A DNA stretch of 64,000 nt from Tubiluchus corallicola (taxonomy: Eukaryota; Animalia; Priapulida), in assembly GCA_030141605.1 (NCBI GenBank), contig JAQGDQ010000081.1, positions 620,001 through 684,000 on the forward strand. Reading direction: 5' to 3'. The notes beneath the pieces were generated by a model. It saw only the letters and a list, made by a program, of their open reading frames with translations, searched no databases and was not told the origin of the DNA. The position numbers and the translations under genes are program-made. This document shows, one piece after another, positions 38,801 through 54,600 of this stretch (position 1 is the first letter of the stretch; every line of letters begins with the position of its first letter).

Positions 38801-41800
38801 CAGATCCTTCAAAGAAGACCTTCGAGCTGTCAACAGACGTTGGGAAAACGTAGAGAACGAAGCCGCCGATAGAACTCAGTGGAAAATGCTGTCTGCCCAA
38901 TGTGCATCAATGCGCAGGAAGGACTAAGGTCCAAGGTAAGGTTTATTTAACTACTAAAAAACTGCTTGTGTCTAGTATTTACCCCATGACTAATTCTTTC
39001 TCTTGTTGTTCCTCATACTTCTGAGCAGCCTTTGATCCACCAAGGTGTGCATAGTGTTGTCTGTAAAAAAACAATGTAGTTAGCAGTTATATGCCCTTTT
39101 CTTGCCCTATTGGTCTTGTCTTATTGGTAAATGGATGCCTACTTCTTGGTTGTCATTACATTCGTTTTTGCTTACCAGAGTGGTCTAAGTATTTGTGACT
39201 TGTGAAATGGCTACAATAAATTGTGTAGTGTGCCCTGTAATTTGCAGATATTTTGGCAAGATAATGGAGAAACTCGTTTATTGTCAAAGGTATTTTAAAC
39301 AATGAAACTTAATGCTCCTTAAGGAGCTGGGAGTTTGCTAAACCTACTACTTGCTAAGAGCTCTTTGTCTCTTGCACAAGAAACAAAGTGGCTTTACCAA
39401 TTGATCATGAATAATAGTATAATCTCATAGTTTTTCCATACAGACTGGGCTCACTCAGTCCAGGTTGCAGCATCAACTGGGTTTATTTATCTGTCGAGCA
39501 AAAAAAAGTTTTTTGAAAATCTTTTGTACATTGAATGTGTAAAAACTGTAAAGATTTCTGTTTCAAAACTGTATAAATTAATTAGGAAAGCTCACTCTAA
39601 AGCAATTTTATCATAGATGGCCATGATATGAGCATCCTTAGTTTCTCGCTCACGCTGCAACCAAACCTTGAGATATTTGTGATCGTAGTATGCAATAAAC
39701 TCCTGAAACAATGGAAAATAATTGCTGTTAACAGAAGACACAATAGCTAAAAAGGAGGACATAATAGAGATACAGGCCGGCTTTTTGACACGAAATTACT
39801 GTGAGCAAAAATTTATTTTGACTTTTATTTTGTACCTTCAACTTTGCCTTTTTTAAACCAAAAGCATATGAATTTCAAGGTTTTGTGCAGAAGTATCCAT
39901 GTGCCATCGTTGTAGTTTTATCTGTTTTGATTACTTTTATAAAAGTTTTTTGACCTTTGATCCCAAAGTCAAAGGGCTTCCAGTTCCTGCTCAGTGCCAG
40001 ACCTATTCCTGCGGCAAGACTCGTGATCATAACTTCATGAGTCGGTTTTGATTATTATATGCAAGCCGACATGCGTGACAATGTCTAAACTAGAGCTGTA
40101 TACCGATTCCAACTATTTGTAATAACCTCTGACAAACACATAATACTACATATGTTTGATAATGCCAAGAACACAATGGCTTTCCTGCGCTTGATGACTT
40201 GATGTGGTAGTAAACATAATGTTACAACACTTTCACATGAATCCAGTACATCTGACAGATCCGACAAGGGTATGTGTAGAATAATTTATGCGCCACTATA
40301 TAAGCACGTAACAGAAGATTCATTGCTATTGTCGCACACGGTATTACACACAGTTCCGCATTCATTCCCCTAACCTAAAGTGTTTGGAATTATTTGTACG
40401 AAGGTTACTGGATACTAGCTAATATTGGCAGTATTTACGAAAACGAATTATCTCGACGGACGCTTCCGCTACTGTTTACCAGATGAACTAGTTGAGTAGC
40501 GTCCTGTTGCAGATAACGACAAATCACTGGTCTTTCATTAATATACAAAACAAGCTGGTTTTAGGACTTGTGTTTAATGCAACCGCTAATGTGTAATTTA
40601 TTACGCAAGAAGACTCCCTAGGCATGTGTCTTGACCAACAAGCAACAGCAACAGCAGTGTGCCAATCAGCCATTACAACTGTCCAGTCGCTGCCAAATAA
40701 TGTGAAAACACCCTTAACTTACTCGAAGGAAGTAGTTTCCGTGCTGTCCAATCACTTCTTCCACTCCAGCCATAACGTGGTCCACCACCTGAAAAATTTA
40801 TCGAGTAGTCATGAAATGTAATCTAATTCCGCAAAGTAATTAATTAATCAAAGCTCAGTAGAAGAGAAGTTAAGCTCGCCTAAAAAATTAACTTGAAAGC
40901 TGAAAGTGATGTTACACTAGAACTAAATAAAAGTTGGATTGATGAACATTTTGCCATAACCACACCAGGGATATGATTGCTTTTACTACAGAACTGAAAA
41001 ATGTTTGGTTTGTCGGCTGTTTTTAGAAAATTGGCCATTTTCAGGGTTGACTTCCAATGTTTTTCCGAAGTTGCTGGAAAATGAAGAAGACAAATTGAAA
41101 ATTGTTAATGCTTTAATTTTTTCAACTGTAGCATTTTGAATTGCTAAATGATGTTTAGACGAAATTGTTCAAAATGAAGTGATTGAATTAATCCAATTAG
41201 AGACTTACGGTCAACCAAAATTGTAAAAAGGTGTCATGTTGAAGAGATAAATGCACAAAATATATTGTGCACAGTTAAGCAATGTTCAGCGCGTCTAGTA
41301 ACTAGCCTGTACTTACTGTGTCATTGAGCTCCTCTGCCATACTCAATTCCTTCTTAACCTTCTGCAGTCGAATCCTGAGTAATCGCACTAATGGTTTAAT
41401 AGTGATGCCCTGGAGAAAGCAATCGTTCAAGTCATTGATTGATAAACTGATGGGTTTCCTTCCTATGGGCTGATGTTTATAAGCTAACTGGATACTGCAC
41501 ATTAATTATTATGCAGAATAAGCAAACGTGCACCTTGTACACCTGACATTTTCCACTAATAAGGTAAGCTTGCTGACGAAGTCATGTGAGCAACACCACC
41601 TATCTTATTCAGGGAGTGTAGGATAGAATGAAAATTTGCACTTGCATTTGGTTTCGATTGTTTATTTTCGTTAAATAATTTAATAAATTGGTCTCCATTT
41701 AGTCAACTAATTTACAATTACTCTGGCACACCGAATTTATTTCTTGAATGCATTCGAAACGACTGTCAGATAACATGCTCCTGAACTAGAATTATAAAAA

Positions 41801-44800
41801 AATGGGCCTATGTAGATAAATATGAAATGCGCAGTAATTGGTGATGCTGCAGCCAGTTTATGGCCGCAACATCAATATGAATCAATAAATTTTGCAAAGC
41901 TTTTAGCTGTAACAAGACTCTTCCGTGCAAAAGTGACTTGATTCAGGCACCCATAACAATGGGTTATGACTCCTAAGAGGCAGGAGCTGATGTAGTTTCT
42001 GTTAGTCAGGCAAAGTAATTAAACTCTCGTCTTACGTGAAAACGTGTTAGTTAAAAGTTAAAGCACGTGCAGAAGAAAACTAATAATTTCAGATTATTTT
42101 CTCTCCCTGTTGCCTCGTCGTTTAACAACGTGACACCACGTTCTAATGTTTGAAAGATGTGCATGCTATATTGAAAGTTGAAACCACACTCTAAAGTTTG
42201 AAAGATGATCATATTAACTGTCATCGTCTGTTTATTGTTACGGCAGTCGATGACGTCATTGCCCTTTACTTGTGCTCGCTGTTTATTATCTTATATCTTG
42301 GCTTTTTAGAGAACCAATTTCAGTCAAATATAATAATAAACGCAATGCATCGTAATTCAGTGATTTTATTACTTCAATTCTGCATTTTGATCTGACTATA
42401 AACAGAATTAGCATGGTTTGCAGATTTGGACCTGTTGCTACGGGTATATGCGGAAAATTCTTCAATCGTCGAAAATAAGATGTTTTTATAAAACTGAACT
42501 CTGCAGATATACCTGTATAATCAACAGTTTATCTTACTTCTGATTTGAAATACTCCATGTAGAAACGCAGTTTCTAGTACCAACCTAATCTGCCAATCAG
42601 CATTAAAAATATTGGAAAATAGTGTATTATTATGTTGTCCGCATTTTTGCAGTTAACATTATACAGTGATATCCTCATCAAGTATTAATTTGTTGAAAAG
42701 GATTATTTTTGTATTTACTTTTGTTCTATTTTTCGTGAAAATCTATTTCGATTTTAATTAAGCTTGTTCACAGTTAAGTGAACAGGTCAGTTAAATATTT
42801 TCAAGAAGTTGGTAACCATGTCACAAATAGTTCAGTTAATTAGTCAATTATCTTCCTGTTAGTTACAAGTAGTCAAGATGGTTGGTCTCTGTGTCATTAT
42901 TCTTCATCATGTTCCACCTCTATGGCTATTAACCTTGCACAGAAACTCAATCCAGGAAAGTGTGGTAGACAAAATGCATCGTTACTATTTCGACAGTCTC
43001 TGTTATGGGGCATAGGGAATATGTAATGTGATCTCTAACAAAACTCTTTACCAGTTTGACCCACTAGTTGATTTGCACATAGAGAAACATATTACATACT
43101 GCAAAATAAGAAGATTTTGTGCTCTTTTGAGATTCCAGTTTAACTGTTCATACTTATAATAAGAGAGCACAGTGCTGCCAGAGTTCCACTTAAAAGAACA
43201 ATTTGACAAGCTTCTAGCACCAGGAAGCGTTCTCACCTGTATAAAAACAGTAAACAATATCACAGCTATAGTAGTTGTGTTGATCAACTCCTTCTGTTCA
43301 AATTTGTTCTTGTCCAACATGGCGGCGAGCGAGAAGCACACAGCTCCTCTCAGCCCTCCATATCCCTGAAAATATCAATCCAGTATGACTCGTTTTATGC
43401 CTAAGTAATTGGAATTAATGATCCAGTAATCAAGTAATTCTTAACACATTAAATCCAACATAGCGTTCTCCTTGGGGTAACATTCACGCATTGGAGTGAT
43501 GTCACTGCAGAGTTCACAGAGTAGAGTGTGTGAGTAAGCTCTGTAATTTATACACTTTGCAGGTGGCCGTAAGTTTAGTCACACAACTGATGTAAGAAAA
43601 ATGGAATTTTAGCATTAAGCCATTAAAGTGTTGGAAATCACAAAAATGCAGTGTTACAGTAACAAATTACACAAACGTGATAAAGTGAAATCTGTAGTTT
43701 TGATTTAATCGAGTGATTATTTAACGATGCTGCTAAAACGGTTTAGGGAATGAAATTCTTTTCGAAACCTAAAAGATAACTATAGTGATGTTTTTACGAA
43801 CACCTTAATTTATAATATGTGAGATCTGTCAATTATTGACGATTTTTAATGATAATTTGTTTAACTTACCATGATAAACATTTCCTCCCGTGTTACTCTT
43901 CGGCCAGTTGTAAAATAATTCGCACAACAGGTCAAGAAATAAACACCTGAAAATAAGTGTTCTCATGCTGCTTAAAGGTGCACTGGCTTCTACTAGTTCA
44001 ATAGTAATTTTTATAGATGGCAACACCATTACTATGAGCAAAGCATATTAGCAGGTTAACATGGCGCATAAGCTGGTGTCATTTATCAATAACGAGAGAA
44101 AGAATACAAGGGAGTGCCATTTTAATTTTATCAATCCCATCTTTCCATCTTTTATGTTGCAAAAGTCAAATTTCTGTTATTGCTTTTGAACTGGCTGAAC
44201 AGAGAATACCCACCAAATGAAAAGTTATAATAAAACCAATTTATGCAATGCTGTTATAATTGACATAATGTGCTATAATTGCTAGTAAATGGGCTACTGT
44301 CATACACAGATAATTTTGGTTTCAACGAGCTTCAGATTTTACTACAAATAGCAAATTAGTGTATAAATGTGTCTTCCCTCTCCATTAATAAAGGAAAGGA
44401 AAAAGTAGCGTCTATACTAATCTGTTATTTTCAGTAAAAGCCTGAAAGCTTATTGTCGGACATTAGTCTGTAGACGCATTAGACCATTAATTTTACCTTG
44501 TATGAAAAATACAACTTCTAACGTAATACTTACTAATAAATCTAAACACCAAGCAAAAGATAATGGTTAGTAAAACAAAACTTGTATTCCAAACATGTCT
44601 GTCGTGCACCAAATTCATTCCCAAAAACAGGAATATAACTGACTCGCTTGTGGCACTAAAACAAACAAAACAAGAATAACCAAACAGCGACAACGTTGTA
44701 CGAGTTATTTTATCTTCAGCTCCTAGGATAGGTCCACTTATAGACACTGTGGCACTCTGCAAGCTCGAATCCAGCACTCAGTGTCAAGGCATACTCAATG

Positions 44801-47800
44801 TAGATGGTTGTGGGGAGACTGGAATCTTTCTCACTATTTAGGATAATCTCCTAATCTCCTAGGTTAATATATGTGGTCTGGGACAATACTTAGTCTAGTA
44901 CTAGTGGCCTAAACATCAGTAAAATTGTAATCAGAATATTTATCGGACTATTGTCTGCAGGAAGGCCCATAAAAATTGTTATAATGCAAATCAAGTCTTT
45001 AGTCTTTTTGTTTGTTTGTTTTAAGCCTCAATTCATGTAATACACACAGATTGGAAGGAGACATTGCATAATGTCTATATTAAGGTTGAACATTGGCCCT
45101 CTTTATTATATAAGACAGATTTCTCTTTCAATAAAATCACAAAAGGTGCCACGTGTATTGACCAAATAAATGTAATTCATTTCCTTCTGAGAAAGCATCT
45201 ATTCACTAATCAATCACTATTCAATAAATACAACCTGAGCATTTTTCCGAAGTACTTGATAGTTGTATGAGACTTAAACGATATGTTGTGTACAACATAT
45301 TGAGCCTGTACCAATCCACAGACGATTATTCTGAAAAACAAAATGAGAATGAACACGCACGTCATCGTTTCTTCAGACTTAAAAACAGAATTATTGCTAA
45401 AACGTTTGACCTTAATGGATATGGGTGATGCAAGGGACTAAAATCACGTTGAGAGCAGGCCAGTTTCGAAACATGAGTTACTGAAGTTGAGTAGGCATCA
45501 TTCACTCGTTTACTAAAGTAATACTACGATACTACGCTTCACCTTGTGTATTCAAAATCAATATTAAGCGATCATCCCACATTAAAAGTGAATTTTACAA
45601 CTCAGCTAGCTGGCTACGTGATATTCACCTAACATTAATTAAAGCTACTCCGCCGTGGTGCTTAGTAGAAAAGCCTTGAAAACGGACGTCAACTTATTGT
45701 ATTCCTTATATGAGGAATACAATAGCCACGCAATTTGATCGGCGCCAATACTCTAAGGCATTATAAATACCATTAACACACATTTACAACCACAAAGAGA
45801 GAACAGCAGACACGTGGTGTTTGTATAATAAATGTCTTGAACAACTTCTTTAAAAATTACATTTTGTTCAGAAAAAATTGTGGCTTCTTCTACATTCACT
45901 AATCCAAATACGAAGTGTTTGCTAAGGTTGTGCACACATTCAGCTATAATTCATTTACTTCTTGATTCAAATTGTGTATTTAATCGTGACTGTAGCTGAA
46001 ACAGAATGCCGCAATAGGAATTTCAGTTTAAGACTATATAAATCATTAGGATGATTCAATAAAATTCCACACACATAAATTCAGCAAACGATTTGCACGC
46101 CACACACGTCTAATTAGACATGAAAGTTGATTCAATAATCACAGTGAAAAGTTAATAACAGTGGTACACTCTCGACTTCAGTTGATCGAAATGTAATTAT
46201 AATACAGCTCGAGGCATAAGCTCCAACGTAAATCCCTCCTACATTTAGCCCCAATGAACAATCTAATAAAAAAGTTAAACAATCTTGATGCCTTGAAGGA
46301 AAATGCGGATCATGACGGCGTTCATAAAGTAGAAGCGCAAACAGTTTTTGATACCAAAGGTACTTACGCTATAATCCCAGAAAAATGAAAAAGTTCGGCA
46401 ACCAGATAAGACAGATATGCCATTCCTAATACAGCAAGCGGCTCCACAACTAAGAAAATTAACAATAGATTATATTAAGATTATTCAATAACCAAACTAC
46501 AAAGGCGGCTTCAGCCAATCGGAATAAACCAATGACAATTCAATTTTTAAAACTAAACTTGGGCAAAAACCTGAAATGTGAAAACGTTGGAACTGAGCCT
46601 GTACTTGAACTAGGAGTTTAGGCCTAATGGATTATAAGCTCCAAGTCAAGACCACTAGACTATCCAGTCATTTGTGATCAAGGCACGTCTTAAAATAATC
46701 AACCAATCAAATGTTCAATGTGACACCGCAAGAATAATTACTGACCGTTTGCTTTAATTTATAGTCTAGCTGAATCTATAGTCAATCAATTAATGCAGTG
46801 ATGCGTGTGAAGTCATAACTCCGATTCCAGGATAAGTAATAATATTGCCTATAATAGTTAATAGCGTATATACAAGCGTGAACAACAATGATGAGGATTT
46901 CTGCAGCCAACACCGGAATGTTGTGTGACTTTTTGCAAAAATTTCAGTTTATTTTTATTACTTTTTTACTTTCACAGGACGGGACAATCAATTAACAAGC
47001 CCTGCCTTTTGATTGCCCACAACACATTTACATTTATATATAGGCAAACATAGTGTGCGCTTTCTCGTACAGAAACAGTAAAAAATAATTTGTATTATGT
47101 TCATTGTAGGCCCTTTCACTATATTTGGTATACAAAATTATTGTAAATATGTTATGTAAAATAAATGACTTGTGACTTATGACCGACTCTTAACTACTTG
47201 CGTGACCTCTTGCTTACGTCACGCGTTTTGGGAAAAAGTTCTCACTACGTTAGTTACTTTTAGTTAATTTTAATTTGAATTAAAACAATGTTCCAGTTAT
47301 TTTTCCCTACAAAGAGAGGGAATGTATTTTGTACATAGTTTTTAAAAATAAAGAATTATAATAATAAAAAATAATAATAATTTTGCCGGCATCGAAGACA
47401 GTGTCGTTTAGCAGTGCCGCGATAATAACTGCATAATTTTGAAAAACAATATGTAGGTTGTAGCGTGAGAGTTTTTGAAACCTACCTCTAACATTTATAG
47501 TATATTTTGTAATTACGGCTGTCAGTATTCCCATCAGGAGACCTACTGCTAATCCGCCAAAACTGACGACGAAGAACGATGCAACTCCCAACAAAATTTG
47601 AGAGATGTCGATTGAAGGCGACGACACTAGCGACACCATCATGTTATACACAACCACCGTCACCGCATCTGTGAAAATGTAGAAGCTGAGCAGAAATTGC
47701 AACAGAACAATAAATTTTTGTTTCCCTGATATTAAATGTATATCAAGTACATATACTAATGTACAAGTACATTCGGAAGTCTTAGTTTAGTGAACTCCCT

Positions 47801-50800
47801 TCATTGTGCTTAAGAAGCTATCTTGTCCGTATAACGAAAAAAAATTCATACTTGTAGACTTAAGTGCCAGACGACTGTCCCTGCCGGATGAATGTAAAAG
47901 GAGCCATAGATAATTGACGTAAAAATTTCGGGCACGTTAACGTGGCGTATATAAAGCAAGAAAGCAAGCAAATTTCCTTCTTTACGAACAAAAACAAGTG
48001 CCTTCTTCTTGGAAAACATCCCGCAATGAACAACGATTTTTTTATAAATTTATTAAAAAATGACAGCGTTTCTGTTGCACAGTAGTAGTCATCATTGTGC
48101 TAGTGTGCAATAGAAACGTTGTTATTTTTTATATAAAAAATATAAAAAAATCCGTTGGTTATTGTGGGATAGTTACCAAATTAATGTTATATTTGTTTTA
48201 TTAGGAATTTGAAAACTCCTTATAAGTACGGTACTTTATAATAATAATAATAATGATAATAACAATGATAATAATTTTATTGCCTAGAGTACATATAAAG
48301 ATGCTCTTTGGCGTACAAACATATAAAAGTCACAAAAACTCTCAAAACCATATTTTATAGAATACATTTATGTAAATCCTTGAAAAACAAACTTTACTAC
48401 GCTATAAACAGACACAGGTGAAAAAAACAAAAAGTTAAAAAGCTTCTAATAATAAAAGTGTGTTAACTTTACATTTAAAAACAGCAATACTTTGGGAGTT
48501 TTTGACCTCTCCTGAAAGCGCATTCAAGAAACGAGGGGCAGCACTGTCCAGCTGAAACAAGACTAGTTCTAGGTTTTTACTAAAACATTAGTGTCGGATG
48601 ATCTTAGTCTGAGGGATGTGGTGTACGTTTGTAAAAGCTCAACTAGATAACTTTGTTCCATTACATCTTAAGCGCCTACCGTTTAGTAAACTTTCTCCGA
48701 ACACTAGAAAATACAACGTGTTGTTAACTCCCAGTTCTTGGAAAATGGCGAGAACCTGTAAAAAAGAAACGGTCAAGGCACCTTTGTAAGTGAATTGCTG
48801 TAAGTAGTGCAAGATTACGGGCCTGCCACAACCATCAAAATTACTAAGATTAAGACGTGGATTCCGGCTTGCAGTGGCAAATTAAAAACTGTACAAAGAA
48901 CGCCTGCAAAAGGACGAAACCACAGATTACCCATGAACAAATTGATAAACCAAATTGGTAAAATTGATTACCAAACTTGATGTTTCGTCACTTTTATTCT
49001 AATTCGTTCCTTCTAGTATAAAAACATGAATTACATCTCTGACATTGTAACACGAATATAATAATTACGCTAACAAGCATTGCAGCAGCTTAAGTGAACC
49101 TGTGCTGATTAATTTTCGCTGATCGTGAGTACTTAATCACAGAATAATGATGTTATAGTCAGTTGAATAAGAAGCCACTTGAATGCATAACTTTGCAGCT
49201 TCTTGTCAAGCCATCGAATGCGTTATTACGGGATAGTAATATATTGATATTGAATTAATCAGCTGAGTTGCGCAAAATTAATTTTTATTCTGAGAAAAAT
49301 GAAAACTTGAAAAATGAGTCTTTTTTTGAAAAAACACGACAATTCTTTTTTTCGCTAGGCTATCGCGTTTAACCTATCAACGTTCCGATAGCCACATGTT
49401 TTCCCCAACTAACGCCACCCTTTTCATTGTCGTCATTTTTATCTTGTCACAAATATTGTTGAAACTATGGTCATGAGTAACTTTGTCAGCTACATCGTCT
49501 CCTTGTTGTCGACGAATTTCATTCTCAACATAATCGACTATCATCGTTAACATCATCATCCTCGTCGTCGTTGTCATCACCGCGGCCGACGTCAACATCA
49601 TCATAATTACCCCCAAGCCACTATTGTCGTTATCATGTTGGCCATGTTTGCCATCAACATCGTATCGCCACTATCATTATCACAGTATTATCGTTATCAT
49701 CATTGATACCAGCCTCATCGTCATTGTCGCCGTTACCATAATTACTAGCATCGTCACGGCTGCTGCTCGTCACCAGCATGTTTATTACGTTTATCGAGTA
49801 ATTACACAGGAAACCAGTTTGAATAGCGGTAGAAGAGTTCCATGCGAGTTAGGAGATTAAACCTGCGAAGTTTGTATCTCAGCTATAGGCTTCACGGGGA
49901 ACAGATTTGGCGTAAGCAGTGCATAACTTCGAATGACCTTGTTTATAATTGATTTAATGTTAGAGGACATTTCACTGCAAGTGATTAATTTAAGTGTAAG
50001 GCTACTAGATGGGAATCACCGATTGTCACTGTAAAGAAGTAGGAAGTGGCCTTCAGTGGCGACCAATGTGGCCAAAATCACGTCAGCGGGCATTTTCAAT
50101 ACCAACTGACTAATTTGAAAATAATTTACTTAGAAAGCAAAAAACTGGAAGATCAATCAACCCGTCATATCGAAATCGATCTTAATCTTTTTATGCATGA
50201 ACGCTGATACATTTCTTGCAAGAATATTGATCATGCTAGGCAACAGACGATAAAGACAAGAGAATTTTGATTTATTAATGTTCAATGCTAGAATCTTCTT
50301 CTAAGAGCAATTCGGTACAGAGTGTTCCAAAAAAGTGTGTTATAAATATTGCGGTGTGCTGAAATATACTGCATCAAATCACAATGAAATGTGGTTAATG
50401 GTCATTTACTAATTGACTTCACTGCAATAACTGCTGAGAATGACCGCCGTTAACTTACAGACGACGCTAAATGTTAAAGGAAAACAGGTTGATCTTTCAT
50501 ATCCTACTCCATTTCGAATTACACATTTTGACACCTATAATAATGCCAAAGTGTTTCCTATAATTAAATTACAGGTTAATACCTTTATTAATAATGGGCG
50601 AGCCCAACTAATGATGACATCGCAACTGAACATAACTTTCAACAGCACAAACACTCCATGATTGTGTTGCACGTGTTTGCGAAAGCGGAAATTGAACTCC
50701 AGCATTACTGTACGACATTCAGCGTGATATATAAAAACTCAGCAAATTTTAAGTTCAAAATTCAAATTTCAAGCTTACCGCTGTGCCCACGCATGTGCTC

Positions 50801-51583
50801 TCGAACGTGTGCACTATGTCACAACCGAACACCTGTGAACTGAGACGTGCAGCATTTATTTTTTGTGTAACGCATTTCCGAAATGTAGGCGATTTGCCCG
50901 TTTGACCAAATTTTGTTATTTTGCCCAGAATATTCTGCGCTTCTAAATTAAGACACCATAATACAGGACCAGCATAGTTGTGCTGCGCCATTTCCTCTAA
51001 AAAACAGGAGAATATCATTATGTAATAGCCACTTAATCGTTCAAACTTACCGCAACAGGATCTACTGCAGCTATAAGAGAACCAAATACAAGACAGACGA
51101 TGAAACTGATGTATAGATCTCCTAAACCTCCGCTCACACTGCAGCCGTACATCGCGGGACCAATGGTGAAAATGTTTATCAATGTTCCCTGCAACATAAC
51201 GGGAAATGGTAAGTAGAAGTCCGTCAGTCTGCTAACGTTAAAGTGGTTTCCTTAGACAGTTAACAATGAAGCAGTTAACTCAGACTGTCCGACTACCAAT
51301 GGACTCAGAGTAAACCAGTTTACCATAACTATTCGGTACATTCATCGTGGAAAATGTTCGTGCTGATTAACTACCCCGAAACAGTTTACATTTAAGCAAA
51401 CAGTTTAACAATTTGTTTAAATTGTGTTTTAACAAAACATTTAACATAATGTTTTACTCCGTATGTGTATTGGATAGTATTTCCGCGTTATTTTTTAATA
51501 AGTTGTATTTTGCAAACGTTCCTCTTGAAATGCTTTAACATCACCATCACCGTCGTCATCATCATCATCATCATCATCATCAA

Positions 51584-51642
<59 letters not shown>

Positions 51643-54600
51643 CATCATCATCATCACCATCATCGTCATCATCATAATCATCATCATCATCATCACATCA
51701 CCATGTTAATTATGATGACCTTAATCATCACCTTCTTCCTCATCATTGATGTGATCACTGCCATCGTCCTCCTCTTCCTCATCATCGTCACAGTCACCAT
51801 AATCATTATCAACAACGTTATCATTGCCTTCTCATCATCGTCACTGTTTGCATTATCATCGTCACCATCAAAATATGTTGTTATCACAAATACCGTCACC
51901 ATCATCACCACGAGCACCACCACCGTCGCCACCATCGACATCATTACCATCACTACACCAACCATCATCGCCACAGCGATTCTGCATTTGGATGTAATAT
52001 TCCTATTGCCAGAATTTCGAATTCACAATTCACGTCATTTCAAAGAAAAATCGATAATGCTGTAACAGAATTGCTTAGAGATTAAAGAACCATATTCAAT
52101 CAACTTTTCTTCTACCAACTTTAGCTGAATATGTTCAGCCCGCTTTCAAATGCTTAAAACGGAAATTGTAGTCGGAAATCCTTCATGAAAATCCGCAGTA
52201 AACTTGAAGTTGATTAATTTTGAAAGCTTACAATCGTGGACGGAATATTTGTCATCTCTTTCTAAACTTCATTTATCATAATTTTACAAATATAAATTTT
52301 TAATTTGCCATTAAGCATATAAATGGCATTATTGCATGCGACTGGACGGATTTTTATGAGCCACTTGACTTTGGAAACGAAGTTGAGACGCTGAGAAACT
52401 GGCTTGCTACTATTGCTGCTGGCGCCGTCGCCGACGCCGTCGCTGTTCCCACCACCAGCATCGTTTTACTTCACAAATGTTGCCGTTCACATTTCATTTC
52501 GATCGTGTTCTTATTTATTTATTTACTTATTTATTTATTGTTTAGCAATTTATGCAATTAACAACGATATAGTAACACATTTATTTGCACAAAAAAATTA
52601 AATTACAAACACTAAAATACTTAACAATACACACGAGGTGACATTTGTGTTTTTTCTAGTGAATGTCACTTCTACACGTTAGTTATTATGTTGGCGTAAT
52701 TCCTTGGGAACGTTGCTATAAATTGGAGCCATAAAATGAATGGTCAGATTAACGCAAACCTAACAGGCATTTGCAAACTTCTGTCTCCTGTTGAGGAGGA
52801 CAGTGTTCAGACGCTCGTGGAATTCAAATGCAGAGTATAGAGAAGTTTATTCTGTCGGTTCTTTAAGTTTGCTTCACGGGAACAAATAAACTAGTTACAA
52901 AAATTAATGTATTGTAAGAATCAAGTGCATTCGAATGCCATGTGATATTGGGCTTCAGGAAAATCGGCGTTACGGTATGAAGAAAAAAGAAACAAAGTAG
53001 AAAGTTTAGTTAATAATTACTGCTCCCTGCTACTAACTAGCAAGCGTGTAAAACGTTGTTCACTACGATCTTTGTCTTACAAGTTGTAGGGCTGGAAAAC
53101 TTTGTCTTGCAAGTTGTAGGACTTACAAGATGTAAGATTGTAAAACTACGTATTACAAATTTAAGATTATAAAACAATGTCTTACAGGTTGTAAGATTGT
53201 GTAAAGCTTTGTCCTACAAGTTGTGAAACTGTTAAACTTTGGCTTACAAGTTGTTGGACTGTAAAGCTTTTACTTGCAAGTTATAGGACTATTTAAATTT
53301 AGTTAAAGTTTAACGCAGACGATTAAGACAATTACTTTTTAAAGTCGCGGTCGACTGCAGAGCGCAGGGAACCGTAACTCTTACGTTTTTTAAAATTAAA
53401 ATTCACTGGCAGGTTGGTAGACTGACTCAATTACTTTACAACCGGAGGCTTACACTGAAATCTAGGAGTGTAACACAAGTGAAGTGAACCACGTAGGACC
53501 TAGACATTAGTGCAAAGGAAATGTCCTGCAGATTTGCATTGACTGACCTACTGTCTGGGAGGCTGGCCGGTTGGATGACTGACTGACTGACTGACTACAA
53601 CAGAAACTTTGTTGTTGAATTTATCCGTTTAAGGTACACTACATTGCTGGATTACAGCAATTTATCTATCTGAAAGGAGAGTGAAGATGCGTACACAAAA
53701 ATATGATTACTTCCAAAAAGTATAAGCCAGGATATTATGACAATTAATATTTTGACGCCCCGTTTGTATCAGAGACGCAAAATATTTCTTTCTGAGTGTG
53801 GCAGTCATAATTATGCGCCTTTTGAGTTCTCAGACTTGTTCATTCATAATTTTGCTAAGAAGCCAAGACTAGATTTTAGTAATACATACCACTACAGCGT
53901 AAAGCAGTATCGTTCCAATGTTATCAGCAAATGCTCTGTCATGAAGAGAATAAGCTGACTCTAACATTATCCTGTAAATAAACAAAATTTGTGCTATCCT
54001 TCATGTGAATAACAAAAACGAAGTCGGTGCAATTAATATTTAATCAGCTAAAGATCAAGCAATTTGTGCTTATGATAATTAAAATAGGGTTATCGTATTC
54101 TGATGTTCGTTTTTTGCTAATGAAATTTGCAATATTCAAATAAAATGTACAATATGCAATATTTACAATATTTGCGGTTAATTCATCTAAGGACAATCTA
54201 ACGCAAGACCTTTTAGGAAGTTTCTGATGAATTTTGCAGGGAAATGAAATAAATCTAATAAGTTAGCTATACAGTTGCCATGGTGGCCATTTTTTAATCG
54301 TCTCGAGCTACCTTCTATAGAGATTCGGATCCTTGTTGTGAAGCCATTGAGCTCTAGTTCGTTTAGACAAAGACGCTTTGACGCTTGTGTTCCAACTCTT
54401 AGTTATAACAAAACACTCCAGGGTCGGATTAGGTGTAACGGTGCCCCTAGCACCTGGTATCCTCGCTCTTTCCTTTGCCCCGCGTCACAGCGTACACGTT
54501 TCGCGGCTCAAAGTATACGCATTATGTGATACATTTTTATGCAACTTATGCGACGTTACTTGTAAAACAACTGCATTGCTCTATATAGGATTCATGCCGC

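Noticed and set aside
51465-52065. Ile/Met/Thr-rich ORFs
   Set aside because: Products of the (CAT)n microsatellite and its degenerate flank.
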